Assembly (NCBI GenBank): GCA_963843575.1
Contig: CAWJKZ010000024.1
Span: 288,001 to 352,000 of the forward strand
Source of the DNA: an uncultured Acidobacteriota bacterium
GTDB taxonomy: Bacteria; Acidobacteriota; UBA6911
DNA length: 64,000 nucleotides
Reading direction: 5' to 3'
The position numbers and the translations under genes are program-made. The notes below the pieces were generated by a model that worked only from the letters and a program-made list of their open reading frames with translations, was not told the origin of the DNA and did not search any database. Every line of letters starts with the position of its first letter. Within the stretch, counting starts at the first letter, position 1. Positions 11,528 to 22,269 of the stretch are shown here, piece by piece.

Positions 11528-11620
11528 TCAATAGCAGTGTTAAAATTTAGACAGTATAAGCATATATTATCAGATACTATTACAGCTTATTCACCAGAAA
11601 ATCGACAACGATATTGACAG
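11514..11620. promoter_or_regulatory. Putative enhancer (UAS) sites for a sigma54 activator
   Basis: TGT-N10-ACA at 11538-11553 plus degenerate ...GACA half-sites, 100-200 bp upstream of the -24/-12 promoter. Confidence 0.5.
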
Positions 11621-11710
11621 ATTGGGTCTTTCTGGTCGCTCTTTGGTATTAATTTGTATAAGTCATTATTTATCAATATTTATACTGATATTTGCCCTTG
11701 TTCTGAAGAT

Positions 11711-11725
11711 TGGCACGGATGTTGC
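11711..11725 (+). promoter_or_regulatory. Sigma54 (-24/-12) promoter
   Basis: TGGCACGGATGTTGC = TGGCAC-N5-TTGC consensus, 58 bp before the ECF sigma ATG, in a very AT-rich intergenic region. Confidence 0.88.
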
Positions 11726-11783
11726 CTAAGTGTACAGCGGCTGACCGAAGAACGCGTCAGGTAAACGGACAAGGAGCTGAAAA

Positions 11784-12400
11784 ATGCAGGCGACCGAAAT
11801 GCAAAACGTCGAGGAAATCAACTCGGGGCTTCTGCAACGCTGCAAGTTGAACGACCGGGAAGCGTGCGACGAGCTGTTTTCGCAGTACACGCGACGGATA
11901 TTCAATACCGCCTATCGCATCCTGGGAGAGGAAGCCTCGGCGGAGGACGCCCTGCAGGAGACTCTCCTGAACGTCTACCGCGGGCTGGCGCAGCTTCCGC
12001 GGCGAGTCCAAGATCTCGACGTGGATCAGCCGGATTACAGTGAATGTCTGCCTGGGGATGCTGCGCAAGTCCAAGAACAAGCAGAACGTGGACATCGACG
12101 ACGAGTGGGCGCGGGAGCTTCCCGCCGATTCGACCCCGAGCATCGACCCGCTGGAGTACACCTCGCTGGAGGAGCTGCGCGACAACATCGAGGAGACCTT
12201 CGCGCGCATGAGCGAGAAGCAGAGCATCGTCGTGCGACTGCACGACATGGAAGGGCACACGATTCGAGGAGATCGCCGGGATCGTGGGGTGCCCGGTCGG
12301 CACGATCAAGTCCCGGCTCTTCTATGGGAGACAGGAATTCAAGGACACCTTCAGCGCGCTTCTGAACGACAAGGTGGAGCCGAAGCCGACCATCCAGTAG
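11784..12400 (+). CDS. ECF sigma-70 factor (two frameshifts in assembly)
   Basis: Region 2 AEDALQETLLNVYR..FRGESKISTWISRI.VNVC; region 4 EIAGIVGCPVGTIKSRLFYGR; stop TAG 12398-12400; GGAG RBS. Confidence 0.88.
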
Positions 12401-12406
12401 CGAATC

Positions 12407-12545
12407 TGCGGCGGCGCCTCGGCGCCGCTTTCACTGACATCCTGCGGCCGCAATCCCCGGCGCCTCGGCGCCACACCGAATTCGCACGCCTCGGCGGCTA
12501 CGGTGCAATGTCGACTGCGGCGGCGTCGAGCCGCCGCACTCCAAA
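12407..12545. repeat. REP-like family B composite element
   Basis: GCGGCGCCTCGGCGCCGCTTT ... GCGGCGTCGAGCCGCCGCACTCCAAA. Confidence 0.75.
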
Positions 12546-12592
12546 TTGCGCACCCGCGTGGTAAGATTCATGCCTTGCCATTGCGCGCGCCT

Positions 12593-13448
12593 ATGCCAGA
12601 AACCTCACGCGGCAAACTGAAGTTATTTCTATCTCCGGCAGCGGTCATTCGGACACGGAATATATCCCGCGGCTGTACCTCGAGGCGCGGGTGGATTTTG
12701 CCGACGTGCGCTCCGGCCTGAACGGAACCTGTGCCGTCTGCAGGGCGATGGAGATCTGCCCATTCGACCCGAACGACGCCTGGACGGAGGACATGCTCTG
12801 GCCCGTCGACCCGGCCGACGTGCAGACAAACCCGCCCCGGGACGTCACCCTGCGGCCGAGCCCCGAATGGTTCAAGCCGGAGCTGTTTGACGCGAATCGA
12901 GACCCAGTTCTACGCCTACCTGCTGCGCGTCGTTCCGGGTGACCCTGTTCAGGAACTTCGACCTGAACGTGTACTCGAGGCTGGGCGAGTCGATCGGGGA
13001 TTTCAGGGGGCGCTGCCTCGAACTGCTCAACGAGACGTTCCGGCACGATCTGGACTCATTGCGCGAGGTGGCCGATCGCGCGCTCGAGCGGGCGCGCGAG
13101 AGGCATCTGAACGACCCGGACAGCGCCAGCGTGGAGGGCAGCCGTATCGTGGCCCGGAAGAGGGGCGAGTTCCGCGACGTCGCGGAGCGCATCGGGTCGC
13201 TGTTCATGCACACCGAGCTGACGCTTGCCCCCCAGGATGCCGAGCGCGAGTTCCCGGCCTACTCCGGGATGGAACTGCAGCAGGGGCTGCTGTCGCTCGA
13301 GTCCGATGCGCGTCGGGCGGTGGGCAAGCTGGTGAGCAGGTATCAGCGGAAGGCGTCGAACATAGACGAGTACATCATCCACCCGAACTTCAGGGACATT
13401 CACCTCGTGCGCTCCGGACTGCTGTGGATGCCGGGGGGAGCGCGATGA
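12593..13448 (+). CDS. Hypothetical protein (frameshifted), translationally coupled to mnmA
   Basis: Fragments 12593-12721, 12691-12942 and 12939-13448; ATGA overlap with mnmA. Confidence 0.6.
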
Positions 13449-14623
13449 AGCCCTCCAGGGTCGCCGTCGCCATGAGCGGCGGCGTCGACAGCTCGACGGC
13501 GGCCGTCGTTCTGAAGCAGCAGGGTTTTGACCTCGTCGGTTTCTCCATGCAGCTGTGGGACCAGAAGCGCAACTCCGGCGGCGGTTCGGTTTCCACGGGA
13601 CGTTGCTGTTCGATCGACGACCTGTACGACGCGCGCTCCGTCGCCGCGCGCCTGCGTTTCCCTTTCTATGTGCTGAACTTCGAGGCCGAGTTCCAGGCGA
13701 AGGTGGTGCGGGCGTTCATCGAGGGCTACCGGGACGGCTGCACGCCGTCGCCCTGTGTGCTGTGCAATTCCCACATGAAGTTCAGCCACCTCCTCCGCAT
13801 GGCCGAGGAGGTGGAGGCCGGCGCGGTGGCCACGGGCCATTACGCACGCGTGCGGCACGACCCCGGACGGGGCCGCTACCTGCTGCTGCGCGGGCGCGAT
13901 CGGGCGAAGGACCAGTCGTACTTCCTGTTCGAGCTGACCCAGGACCAGTTGTCGAAATCGATGTTTCCGCTGGGCGACATGCTGAAGTCCGAGGTGCGCC
14001 GCATCGCCCGGGAGCACGGCCTCGACGTCGCCGAGAAACCGGACAGCCAGGAGATCTGTTTTGTCCCCGACGGGGACTACGCCGCATTCATCGAGCGGCA
14101 CCACGACGACGTGCTCGGGACGGCGGAGCGGCGCGCAGACGTTCGCCCCCGGGGAGATAGTGGATCGTGCCGGCCGGGTGCTGGGGTCGCACTCCGGCAT
14201 CCATCGCTTCACGGTGGGGCAGCGGAGGGGGCTCGGCATCGCCCATTCCGAGCCGCTGTACGTGATCGAACTGCAGCCGCAGACCGGCCGGGTGGTCGTC
14301 GGCGAACGCCACGGCCCTGGGCCGGACTACCTGCCGCGTGGTGCGCCCCAACTGGATCGCCGTCGACGGGATCGACGGGCCGACGCGTGCCCACGCCCGC
14401 ATCCGCTCCCGTCACCGCGAGGCCCCGGCGACGCTCCGGCCGCTGGAGGACGGTTCCGTCGAGGTGGAGTTCGATACGCCCCAGCCTGCGGTCACGCCGG
14501 GCCAGGCCTGCGTGTTCTACGACGGGGAAGTGGTGGTGGGCGGCGGGTGGATTGCGCGCGACACCGCCGGACGGCGCCGCGGCCCGCACCGGGCGACATT
14601 TGACGGCCCAGGAATTCGAATGA
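13445..14623 (+). CDS. mnmA: tRNA-specific 2-thiouridylase (frameshifted)
   Basis: [57 protein letters not shown]. Confidence 0.93.
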   Translation: MKPSRVAVAMSGGVDSSTAAVVLKQQGFDLVGFSMQLWDQKRNSGGGSVSTGRCCSIDDLYDARSVAARLRFPFYVLNFEAEFQAKVVRAFIEGYRDGCTPSPCVLCNSHMKFSHLLRMAEEVEAGAVATGHYARVRHDPGRGRYLLLRGRDRAKDQSYFLFELTQDQLSKSMFPLGDMLKSEVRRIAREHGLDVAEKPDSQEICFVPDGDYAAFIERHHDDVLGTAERRADVRPRGDSGSCRPGAGVALRHPSLHGGAAEGARHRPFRAAVRDRTAAADRPGGRRRTPRPWAGLPAAWCAPTGSPSTGSTGRRVPTPASAPVTARPRRRSGRWRTVPSRWSSIRPSLRSRRARPACSTTGKWWWAAGGLRATPPDGAAARTGRHLTAQEFE

Positions 14624-15771
14624 GCCACAAGACGATCCTGATGGTTGCGGGAGAGGCGTCCGGCGACCGCTACGGCGCGGCGCTCGTGCGGCGGCTCCGC
14701 TTCCTCCGGCGCGAAACGCTGGACGTCTTCGGCAGCGGTGGCGACGGCATGCAGCGGGAGGGTGTGCGCCTTCTCTGCCACGTCCGGGACCTGGCCAGCA
14801 TCGGCCCGCGCGAGGCGGTGGCGCACCTGGGCCGCTATCTCCGTCTCTACCGGGACATCCTGGGCGAGTGCCGACGCAGGACGCCGGATGTCGCCGTACT
14901 GCTGGATTTCCCCGATTTCAACCTCCGGCTGGCAAAAAAACTGAAACGCGCGGGCATCGAGGTTATCTACTACATAAGCCCGCAACTCTGGGCTTGGCGT
15001 CGCGGCCGGATCAAGGTGATCCGGCGATTCGTGGACAAGATGCTGGTGATTCTCCCTTTCGAGGAGGAGTTCTACAGGCGTCATGGTGTGGACGTCGAAT
15101 TCGTGGGGCACCCGCTGCTCGAGGATTTCCGGCCGGACTACGACCGGCAGCGCCTTCGAGGCACGCCTCGGTCTGGACCCGTCGCGCCGCACGGTGGCGC
15201 TGTTGCCCGGAAGCCGGCGCAAGGAGGTGGATTACCTCCTCCCCGTCCTGCTGGAATCGGCGCTGCGCATCCAGAGCCAGACGCCGGCCCAGTTCCTGGT
15301 GTCGGTCGCGCCGACCCTGGACCGGGGTCAGCTGGAGCGGATCGTGACCGAGGTGCTCGGGGTCGAGGCGCGGCCGGATTTTCTGCTGTCCCGGGAGGAC
15401 GCGCGGGACCTGCTGGCCAATTCCGACTTCGCCCTCGTGAAGAGCGGCACCAGCACGCTGGAGGCCGCGCTGGTCGGGACGCCGTTTCTGATGCTCTACA
15501 AGCTCTCCCTCGCTCAGTTGGTGTGCGGGGCGGATTCTGGTGCGGACCCGCTTCAAGGGGCTGGTAAACTTGATAGCGCAGGATGCAGTGGTGCCGGAAT
15601 TCCTGCAGGGGGACGCGACGCCGGAAGCCCTGTCGCACACTGCCCTGGAATTCCTGGACGATCCGGCCAAGTCGGCTGCCATGCGGTCGCGCCTGGGCGC
15701 GATTCGCTCCATGCTGGGAACACGGTGCGCCTCGACGATGGCCGCCGCTGCAGTGAGCAAGCTATCTATAG
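14620..15771 (+). CDS. lpxB: Lipid-A-disaccharide synthase (frameshifted; 3' end approximate)
   Basis: [55 protein letters not shown]. Confidence 0.92.
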
Positions 15772-15773
15772 GG

Positions 15774-17813
15774 ATGAAAATGAGAACGACGGGAAACCGA
15801 ATGCGCGCGTTGCTGCTGGGGGCTCTCCTGAGCGCCACCGCTGCCGGAGTCGGCGCGCAAACCAGGAGGCCGGCACCGCCGCTTCCGCAGATCGACGTCG
15901 AGAATTACACGCTGCAGGCCAACCTGACGCCGGAATCCCACGAACTGAAGGCCGTGGCGGGGATCACCTTCAGGGCCCTCGAGCCCACCGACTCCGTCGT
16001 CTTCGAGCTCAGCGAAAACCTCTCGGTCCAGAAGGTGGTTGACCCGGCGGGCGTCGAAATCGATTTCGGACAGGACGAAACCGGACCGGGGCTGCTGAGC
16101 GTCCACTTCGCGCACCGGCTCGAAAAGGGGAGCACCTACACCATCAAGGTCGAGTACACCGGGGGTTTCGACCGGGACCGGTACAGCCGGATGTACTCGC
16201 GCGACGAGGGCAGCGCCTACATCGGGCCGGAAGGCGTCTACCTCCTCTACGGGTCAAAGTGGTTCCCGACCAACAAGTTCCTCACCGACCGGGCGACCTC
16301 TACCGTGGAGATCACGGTACCCCTCGGGATGACGGCGGTGGGGGCCGGGACCCAACTGCCGGTCGTCACGAAAGCGGTCACCGAAACATTCGGCTGGGCG
16401 GCCAAGCGGCCGATACTGCCGAACTCGATCGTCGCGGGACGCTACTTCGAGAAGAAGATCCCCGAAGGCAACTTCACGCTCGATTGTTTCGTGCGCGAGG
16501 ACAAGCTGCAGTCGGTCAAACCGACGGCCGACGCGGTGGCCAAGATCCTGGACTACTACCAGAAACTGTTCGGCGCGTCGGCGTCGGGCACAACCTTCCG
16601 CCTCGTCGAGGTCGACGACCGCCTGGCGCTCCAGCCGGGGACGCTCGGTACCATCTTCATCACGCACCGCGACCTCTCGCAGCCGGCACCCCAGCTGCGC
16701 GAGCTGGCGCGGCGCGTCGCCTACCAGTGGTGGATGGATACGGTGGGGGCGCAGAGCGCCGAGGATTTCTGGCTCGTGGACGGGCTGGCCTACTACTCGG
16801 CGGCCATGTACCTCGGTCAGAGCGGCGGGCCCGCCGCCATGAAGGAGGAGATCGACAACCTCGCCGTCCTGGGGCTGAAGTTCGAAGGTAAGAGCGCCAT
16901 CCGGACGGCCGCCAGCCTCGGCTACCGCACCGAGCCGTACGAGTCCGTCGTTGCCGGCAAGGGGGCCTGGGTCGTCCACATGCTGCACGAGCTGATCGGG
17001 GATGCGAAGTTTCGGCAGCTGATGCAGCAGTACGTGCAGCAGTATGCCGGCAAGGGCGGCTCGACCGGTGGATTCCGGCAGCTCGCGGAAAAGGTCTACG
17101 GCAAGGAGCTGAACTGGTTTTTCACGCAGTGGATCGACACCATCGGCGTCCCCGAATTCCAGACGGATTTCGTCGTGTTCAAGACCACGAGCGGATTCCG
17201 GGTCTCCGGCAGCGTGAAGCAGGACCGCGACCTGTTCCGCATGCCGCTCGAGATCGAGGTGATCACAAAGGGGAAGGCCGAGCGCAGCTCCATCGAACTC
17301 AACGGCAAGTCCACGACCTTCGACATCAACACCTTCACGCTCCCCAAGCAGGTGGTGCTCGACCCCGACAACAAGATCCTGCGCGACTCCAGGGAGCTGC
17401 AGATCAGCGTGCAGCTGTCGCTCGGCAACGACATGAAGGAGCGCGGCGAGTTTGTCGAAGCGATACGTGCTTACGAAAACGCGCTGAAGCTGAATTCCCA
17501 CCGCTCGATCGCCCACTTCCGCCTCGCCGAGGTTTTTTACGAGCAGTTCAACCTTCAGGCCGCGGCGAACTCCTTCCGCGACGCCCTGAACGGCGACAAG
17601 GATCCCGCCTGGATCGAGGTCTGGTCTTACATCTACCTCGGCAAGATTTACGACATTCTCGGGCAGCGCCAGCGGGCCATGGCGGAGTACAATAAGGCGA
17701 TCAACACCAAAGACGACACGGACGGGGCCCAGGCCGAGGCCAAAAAATGGCTGGCCGCACCGTTCACACGCGAGCGCACGACGATGGATACCAAGGACTC
17801 GAAGCAGCCGTGA
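15774..17813 (+). CDS. Secreted M1-aminopeptidase-fold protein with C-terminal TPRs, catalytic motifs degenerate
   Basis: Signal peptide; LARRVAYQWW, WLVDGLAYY, GKGAWVVHML, WFFTQWI, LDPDN; TPR helices at the C-terminus. Confidence 0.8.
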   Translation: MKMRTTGNRMRALLLGALLSATAAGVGAQTRRPAPPLPQIDVENYTLQANLTPESHELKAVAGITFRALEPTDSVVFELSENLSVQKVVDPAGVEIDFGQDETGPGLLSVHFAHRLEKGSTYTIKVEYTGGFDRDRYSRMYSRDEGSAYIGPEGVYLLYGSKWFPTNKFLTDRATSTVEITVPLGMTAVGAGTQLPVVTKAVTETFGWAAKRPILPNSIVAGRYFEKKIPEGNFTLDCFVREDKLQSVKPTADAVAKILDYYQKLFGASASGTTFRLVEVDDRLALQPGTLGTIFITHRDLSQPAPQLRELARRVAYQWWMDTVGAQSAEDFWLVDGLAYYSAAMYLGQSGGPAAMKEEIDNLAVLGLKFEGKSAIRTAASLGYRTEPYESVVAGKGAWVVHMLHELIGDAKFRQLMQQYVQQYAGKGGSTGGFRQLAEKVYGKELNWFFTQWIDTIGVPEFQTDFVVFKTTSGFRVSGSVKQDRDLFRMPLEIEVITKGKAERSSIELNGKSTTFDINTFTLPKQVVLDPDNKILRDSRELQISVQLSLGNDMKERGEFVEAIRAYENALKLNSHRSIAHFRLAEVFYEQFNLQAAANSFRDALNGDKDPAWIEVWSYIYLGKIYDILGQRQRAMAEYNKAINTKDDTDGAQAEAKKWLAAPFTRERTTMDTKDSKQP

Positions 17814-18361
17814 CCGAGCGGATCTACGCCTGGGAGAAATTCGCTCAGAAGATCCGGGTGCCCGCGGGCACCCTGCTGGGCGTTATTTTCCTCTGCTTCA
17901 TGCACCCGTCCGAGCGTTCCATCTGGATCGGGTGCGGCGTCGCGCTGGCCGGAGGACTTCTCCGGCTGTGGGCGGCCGGCCACATCGACAAGGGGAAGGT
18001 CCTCGCGCGCAGCGGTCCTTACGCGTTGACGCGCAATCCCCTCTATCTCGGGTCGTTTCTCATGGGGACCGGCATCCTGCTTGCCGGCCAGGGGTATTGG
18101 CTGCTCCTGCCGTTCGCCTTTTTTTTCATCGCACTCTACTTCCCCGTTATGAGGGCCGAGGAGAAGGAACTGCTCCAGGGGCACGGGGAGGAGTTCCGGG
18201 ACTACGCCCGGAGCGTTCCCTTGTTCTTCCCGTCTTTCCGCCGCCAGAAGGTCGCCACCTCGTCCTTCCTGTGGTCGCGCGTCCTGAGGAATCGTGAACA
18301 CCGGACCCTCGCCGTCCTCATCCTGACCGAGGCACTCCTGGCCTTCCTGGTCTGGCGCTGA
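17810..18361 (+). CDS. ICMT/PEMT-family integral membrane methyltransferase
   Basis: GTGA overlap; LRLWAAGHI, GPYALTRNPLYLG, EEKEL..HGEEF.DY...VP.FFP. Confidence 0.85.
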   Translation: MTERIYAWEKFAQKIRVPAGTLLGVIFLCFMHPSERSIWIGCGVALAGGLLRLWAAGHIDKGKVLARSGPYALTRNPLYLGSFLMGTGILLAGQGYWLLLPFAFFFIALYFPVMRAEEKELLQGHGEEFRDYARSVPLFFPSFRRQKVATSSFLWSRVLRNREHRTLAVLILTEALLAFLVWR

Positions 18362-18363
18362 TC

Positions 18364-18459
18364 TGGAGTGCGGCGCCTGGGCGCCGGGATACGGTATTTG
18401 GCGGCGGCGTCGAGGCGCCTTCACAAAAGCGGCGCCTCGGCGTCATCCCCAGACTCCCA
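18364..18459. repeat. REP-like family B element (degenerate)
   Basis: TGGAGTGCGGCGCCTGGGCGCC ... AAAGCGGCGCCTCGGCG...ACTCC. Confidence 0.65.
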
Positions 18460-18509
18460 ACAAAAAAGTGTTGTGCGCCACAGGGGAAGCGACTATTAAT
18501 CACGTTGCC

Positions 18510-19557
18510 ATGCCCTATACCGTTGCAGAACTGGGGTTCCGCCTGGGCTTGCCGTTCCAGGGGGACGGAAGCCGTCTGATCACTCGTGTCGGCAGCTGGG
18601 AGTCTGTCGATGACGGCTGCCTCGTTTTTCTCGATCGCGGTTCGAAGATCGCCGCGGCCGCGTGCCGTGCGCCGGCGTGTCTCGTGGCGCCGCCCGACCT
18701 GGTTCCCTCCGGGTGGACGGCGTTGCTGTCCGAGCGTCCGAAGCTCGATTTCGCGCGGGCTTACGCCCTGCTTTCGCCGCGTCCGCGCGGCACGGGCGCG
18801 CGGCACCCCTCGTGCCTGGTGGCGCCCGACGCAGCGGTGGCGGAGGACGTCGACATCGGCCCATATGCAGTCGTCGGGGCCGGCGCGCGGATCGGGCCGG
18901 GGTGTGTGCTCCACGCCGGGGTTGTCGTCGGCGAAGGGTGCGAACTCGGCGCCGGAATGCCTGCTGTTCCCGCGCGTGGTCCTCTACCCGGGCGTGAGGC
19001 TCGGTGCGCGTGTCACGCTTCACGCGGGGGTCGTGGTGGGCAGCGACGGGTTCGGGTATGTGTTCGACGGCCAGGTCCAGGTCAAGTTCCCGCAGATCGG
19101 CGCGGTCACGATCGAAGACGACGTCGAGATCGGTTCCAACACCACCATCGACCGCGGATCGCTCGGTACCACCAGGATCGGGCGGGAGCCAAGATCGACA
19201 ACCTGGTGCAGATCGCGCACAACGTCGAGATCGGCCGCGGGGTCGTCATCGCCGCCCAGACGGGCATCTCGGGGAGCACCGTCCTCGGAGGACTTCGCCG
19301 TGATCGGCGGTCAGGTCGGTTTCGGCGACCACGCCCGCGTCGAGTCGGGCGCGGTGATCGGCTCCAAGGCCGGGGTCCTCCCGGGCAAGATCGTGCGCGG
19401 CGGCGAAGTCTACTGGGGCGTGCCGGTGCGGCCCCTGAGAGAGTACAAGCGTCTGAACGCACTGTTTGGGCGCCTGCCCGAGATCAAGCAGCAGCTCGAC
19501 GACCTGAAAGAGACCGTGGGGCGTCTCGAAGAGGCGCTCCGGAGCAAACAGGGGTGA
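18510..19557 (+). CDS. lpxD: UDP-3-O-acylglucosamine N-acyltransferase (frameshifted)
   Basis: Hexapeptide repeats, [38 protein letters not shown]. Confidence 0.88.
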
Positions 19558-20586
19558 GCAGAGCCCTGCCCGATGTGATGATCCGTGTAGAGAACCTCCG
19601 CAAGGACTTCCGGGTGTTCAGGCACCGCGAAGGGGTCTGGGGTGCGATCCGGGACCTCTTCCAGCGGGAGTACCGGACGCTCGCCGCCGTCGACGGCATC
19701 AACCTGTCGATGAGCGAGGGCGAATTTGTCGGCTATATCGGGCCCAACGGCGCAGGCAAATCCACCACCATCAAGATGCTGACGGGCATCCTCGTGCCCT
19801 ACGTCCGGCGAAATCGTCGCCAACGGCTTCCGGCCCTACCAGGACAGAACCCGCTACACGAAGACCATCGGGGTCGTGTTCGGCCAGCGCACCCAGCTGT
19901 GGTGGGACATCGCGGTGATCGAGAGTTTCAAGTTGTTGCGGCGGATCTACGACGTGAGCCAGCGCGATTTCGAGGAGCGTCTCGGCGTGTTCCGCCTCAT
20001 GCTGGGGTTGGACGAATTCCTCCACGTGCCGGTGCGCAAGCTCAGCCTCGGGCAGCGGATGCGCTGCGACATCGCCGCCGCCCTGCTGCACAACCCGCGC
20101 ATTCTCTTCCTGGACGAGCCCACGATCGGGCTGGACGTCGTCGCCAAGGACCGGATCCGGGAATTCCTCAAGAAGATCAACCGCGAGCTCAAGACGACGA
20201 TCCTGCTGACCACGCACGACCTGTCGGACATCGAGGAACTCTGCCGCCGCATCGTCATCATCGACCGCGGGCGCATTATTTACGACGGCACCCTCGACGC
20301 CTTGCGGCAGAAGCTCGGGCGCATCAACATCCTCAACGTGCACCTGCGGGACGGCGCGTACGCCTCGCGCCTGGACGGTGCCCTGGCCGCTGGCAACGGG
20401 TTGCACTGGGAGCGGCTGGAGGACCTGGCCTACAGGATCCGATTCGACCGGGACGAGGTCTCCTCGGCCGACATCATCCGGCGCATCGTCAACGAGGTGC
20501 CCGTGCGCGACCTGTACGTCGAGCCGCAGCCGGTCGAGGAAATCATCAAGAACATCTACAGCCGCGGGGTCGATTCGGGGGAATAG
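19554..20586 (+). CDS. ABC transporter ATP-binding protein (frameshift near 19800)
   Basis: [42 protein letters not shown]. Confidence 0.9.
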
Positions 20587-21390
20587 ATGCTTGCCGCCGT
20601 CCCGGTCTATTTCGAGTTCGCCAGGGTGGCGTTCCTGAAGATCCTCGCCTACCGGCTCCGGTACTTCACCGGTATTCTCACGTATTTCATCAACGTCTCC
20701 GTCTACTACTTCATCTGGAAGGCCGTCTATTCCGGGAGCGGAACGGTCGCCGGGTACGACCTCCCGCAGATGGTCACGTACGTGGGGGTGGGCTGGATCA
20801 CGCGTTCCTTCTATTTCAACAACGTCGATCGGGACATGGCAGCCGAGGTCATGGAGGGGAAGATATCGATCAACCTGATCAAACCCGTCGACACCCAGCT
20901 GATGTACATCGCCCAGACCGCGGGCGAAGCCTGTTTCCGGGCGGTGCTCTTCACCCTGCCGATCACCATCGTGCTGTTCGCCGTCTACCCGCTGCGGCCT
21001 CCCGCCTCCGCTTTCGCCGCGGCGGCGTACGTGTGCAGCTGCCTGATGTCGCTCCTGATATTCACTTCCATGAACTTCATGGTCGGGACGCTCGCGCTGC
21101 ACATCCAGTCGATCCTCGGGGTCATCCGCGCGAAATTTTTCGTCGTGGAGTTCCTGTCGGGTTTGCTGGTGCCGCTCGGGTTTTTCCCGGAAGGGATCCG
21201 GCGGGTCCTGGTGTATCTGCCTTTCCCCTACGTGAGTTTCACTCCGCTGGAGATCTATCTGGGGCGCAGCCGCGGTCCGGCGGCCGTGGAGGCGATCGCG
21301 ATACAGGCGCTGTGGGTTGCGGCGCTCTATGGCGCGGGCAGGGCGTTCTGGAAATTCTCCACGCGCCGGCTGTCCATCCAGGGAGGCTGA
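20587..21390 (+). CDS. ABC-2 type permease (DUF990-like)
   Basis: ~6 TM segments; G.I...LIKP, FLSG..VPL..FP, C-terminal IQGG. Confidence 0.85.
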   Translation: MLAAVPVYFEFARVAFLKILAYRLRYFTGILTYFINVSVYYFIWKAVYSGSGTVAGYDLPQMVTYVGVGWITRSFYFNNVDRDMAAEVMEGKISINLIKPVDTQLMYIAQTAGEACFRAVLFTLPITIVLFAVYPLRPPASAFAAAAYVCSCLMSLLIFTSMNFMVGTLALHIQSILGVIRAKFFVVEFLSGLLVPLGFFPEGIRRVLVYLPFPYVSFTPLEIYLGRSRGPAAVEAIAIQALWVAALYGAGRAFWKFSTRRLSIQGG

Positions 21391-21392
21391 AA

Positions 21393-21432
21393 CAAGTGGG
21401 TCCGGGCTTCAGCCCGGACGTCTTTTGATCTG
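21393..21432 (+). repeat. REP-like family A, single (half) element
   Basis: CAAGTGGGTCCGGGCTTCAGCCCGGACGTCTTTTGATCTG, identical to the start of the 24862 element. Confidence 0.85.
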
Positions 21433-21473
21433 GTGCTTGAGGAGATAAAGCGCCGTACCGTGGGAGTACCGGA

Positions 21474-22265
21474 ATGAGGAAGACTATCATTCTATTCTGG
21501 CTCTACTTCGGGCAGTACGCGAAGACGCGCATGGCCTACAAGGCCGACTTCTTCATTTCGCTTGCGGCCAGCATTCTCGCCACGGTGGCAGGCTACGGCT
21601 TTGTGCTGGTGCTCTTCACCCGCGCGCCCCACCTGAAGGGGTGGAGCTTCGACGAGGTCCTGTTCATATATGGTTTCTCGCTGGTCCCGATGGGCCTCTA
21701 CAACGTGGTCAGCCAGAACCTCTACGAGTTCGGCGACGCCTACATTGTCGAGGGGAGGTTCGACCGCGTTCTGCTGCGCCCGGTACACTCCCTTTTCCAG
21801 ATCCTGTTCGAGAGCTTCAGGCTCGAGTCGGTGCAGGAGATCGTCACCGGGACGGTCGTGGTCGCTTACTGCGCCGTGCGGCTGCGGCTCGATTGGAGCC
21901 CGGTCAATGTCGTGCTGTTCCCGGGGCTTGTGCTGTGCGGGGCCGTGATCTACCTTTCGGTCTTCGTGATCCTCTCGAGCGTGAACTTCTGGTTCGAAGA
22001 CCGGATCGGCATTTCCCCCCCTGTGTACAACATGATCACGTTCGGGCGCTACCCGATCACCATCTACAACGTCTTCGTGCAGTTCCTGCTGAACTGGATC
22101 ATCCCGTTCGCATTTGCCTCGTTCTATCCGACCGTGCGCTATCTCGGCCGCACCGAGTTCCGCCGGGAGTTCTACCTGATCCCGCTGGTCGCTTCCGCCA
22201 TGCTCGCCCTGGCGCTCCTGGTGTGGGAACGCGGCGTGCGACAATACAAGAGTACGGGAAGCTGA
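21474..22265 (+). CDS. ABC-2 type permease (DUF990-like)
   Basis: GW...EV, GRFDRVLLRP, RYPITIY, IPFAF..FYP, C-terminal YKSTGS. Confidence 0.88.
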   Translation: MRKTIILFWLYFGQYAKTRMAYKADFFISLAASILATVAGYGFVLVLFTRAPHLKGWSFDEVLFIYGFSLVPMGLYNVVSQNLYEFGDAYIVEGRFDRVLLRPVHSLFQILFESFRLESVQEIVTGTVVVAYCAVRLRLDWSPVNVVLFPGLVLCGAVIYLSVFVILSSVNFWFEDRIGISPPVYNMITFGRYPITIYNVFVQFLLNWIIPFAFASFYPTVRYLGRTEFRREFYLIPLVASAMLALALLVWERGVRQYKSTGS

Positions 22266-22269
22266 GGCT

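Noticed and set aside
14338-17813. Apparent MnmA-LpxB and LpxB-M1 peptidase fusions in the ORF track
   Set aside because: An ATGA overlap at 14620-14623 and a TAG/ATG pair at 15769-15776 followed by a signal peptide indicate separate genes joined by indels.
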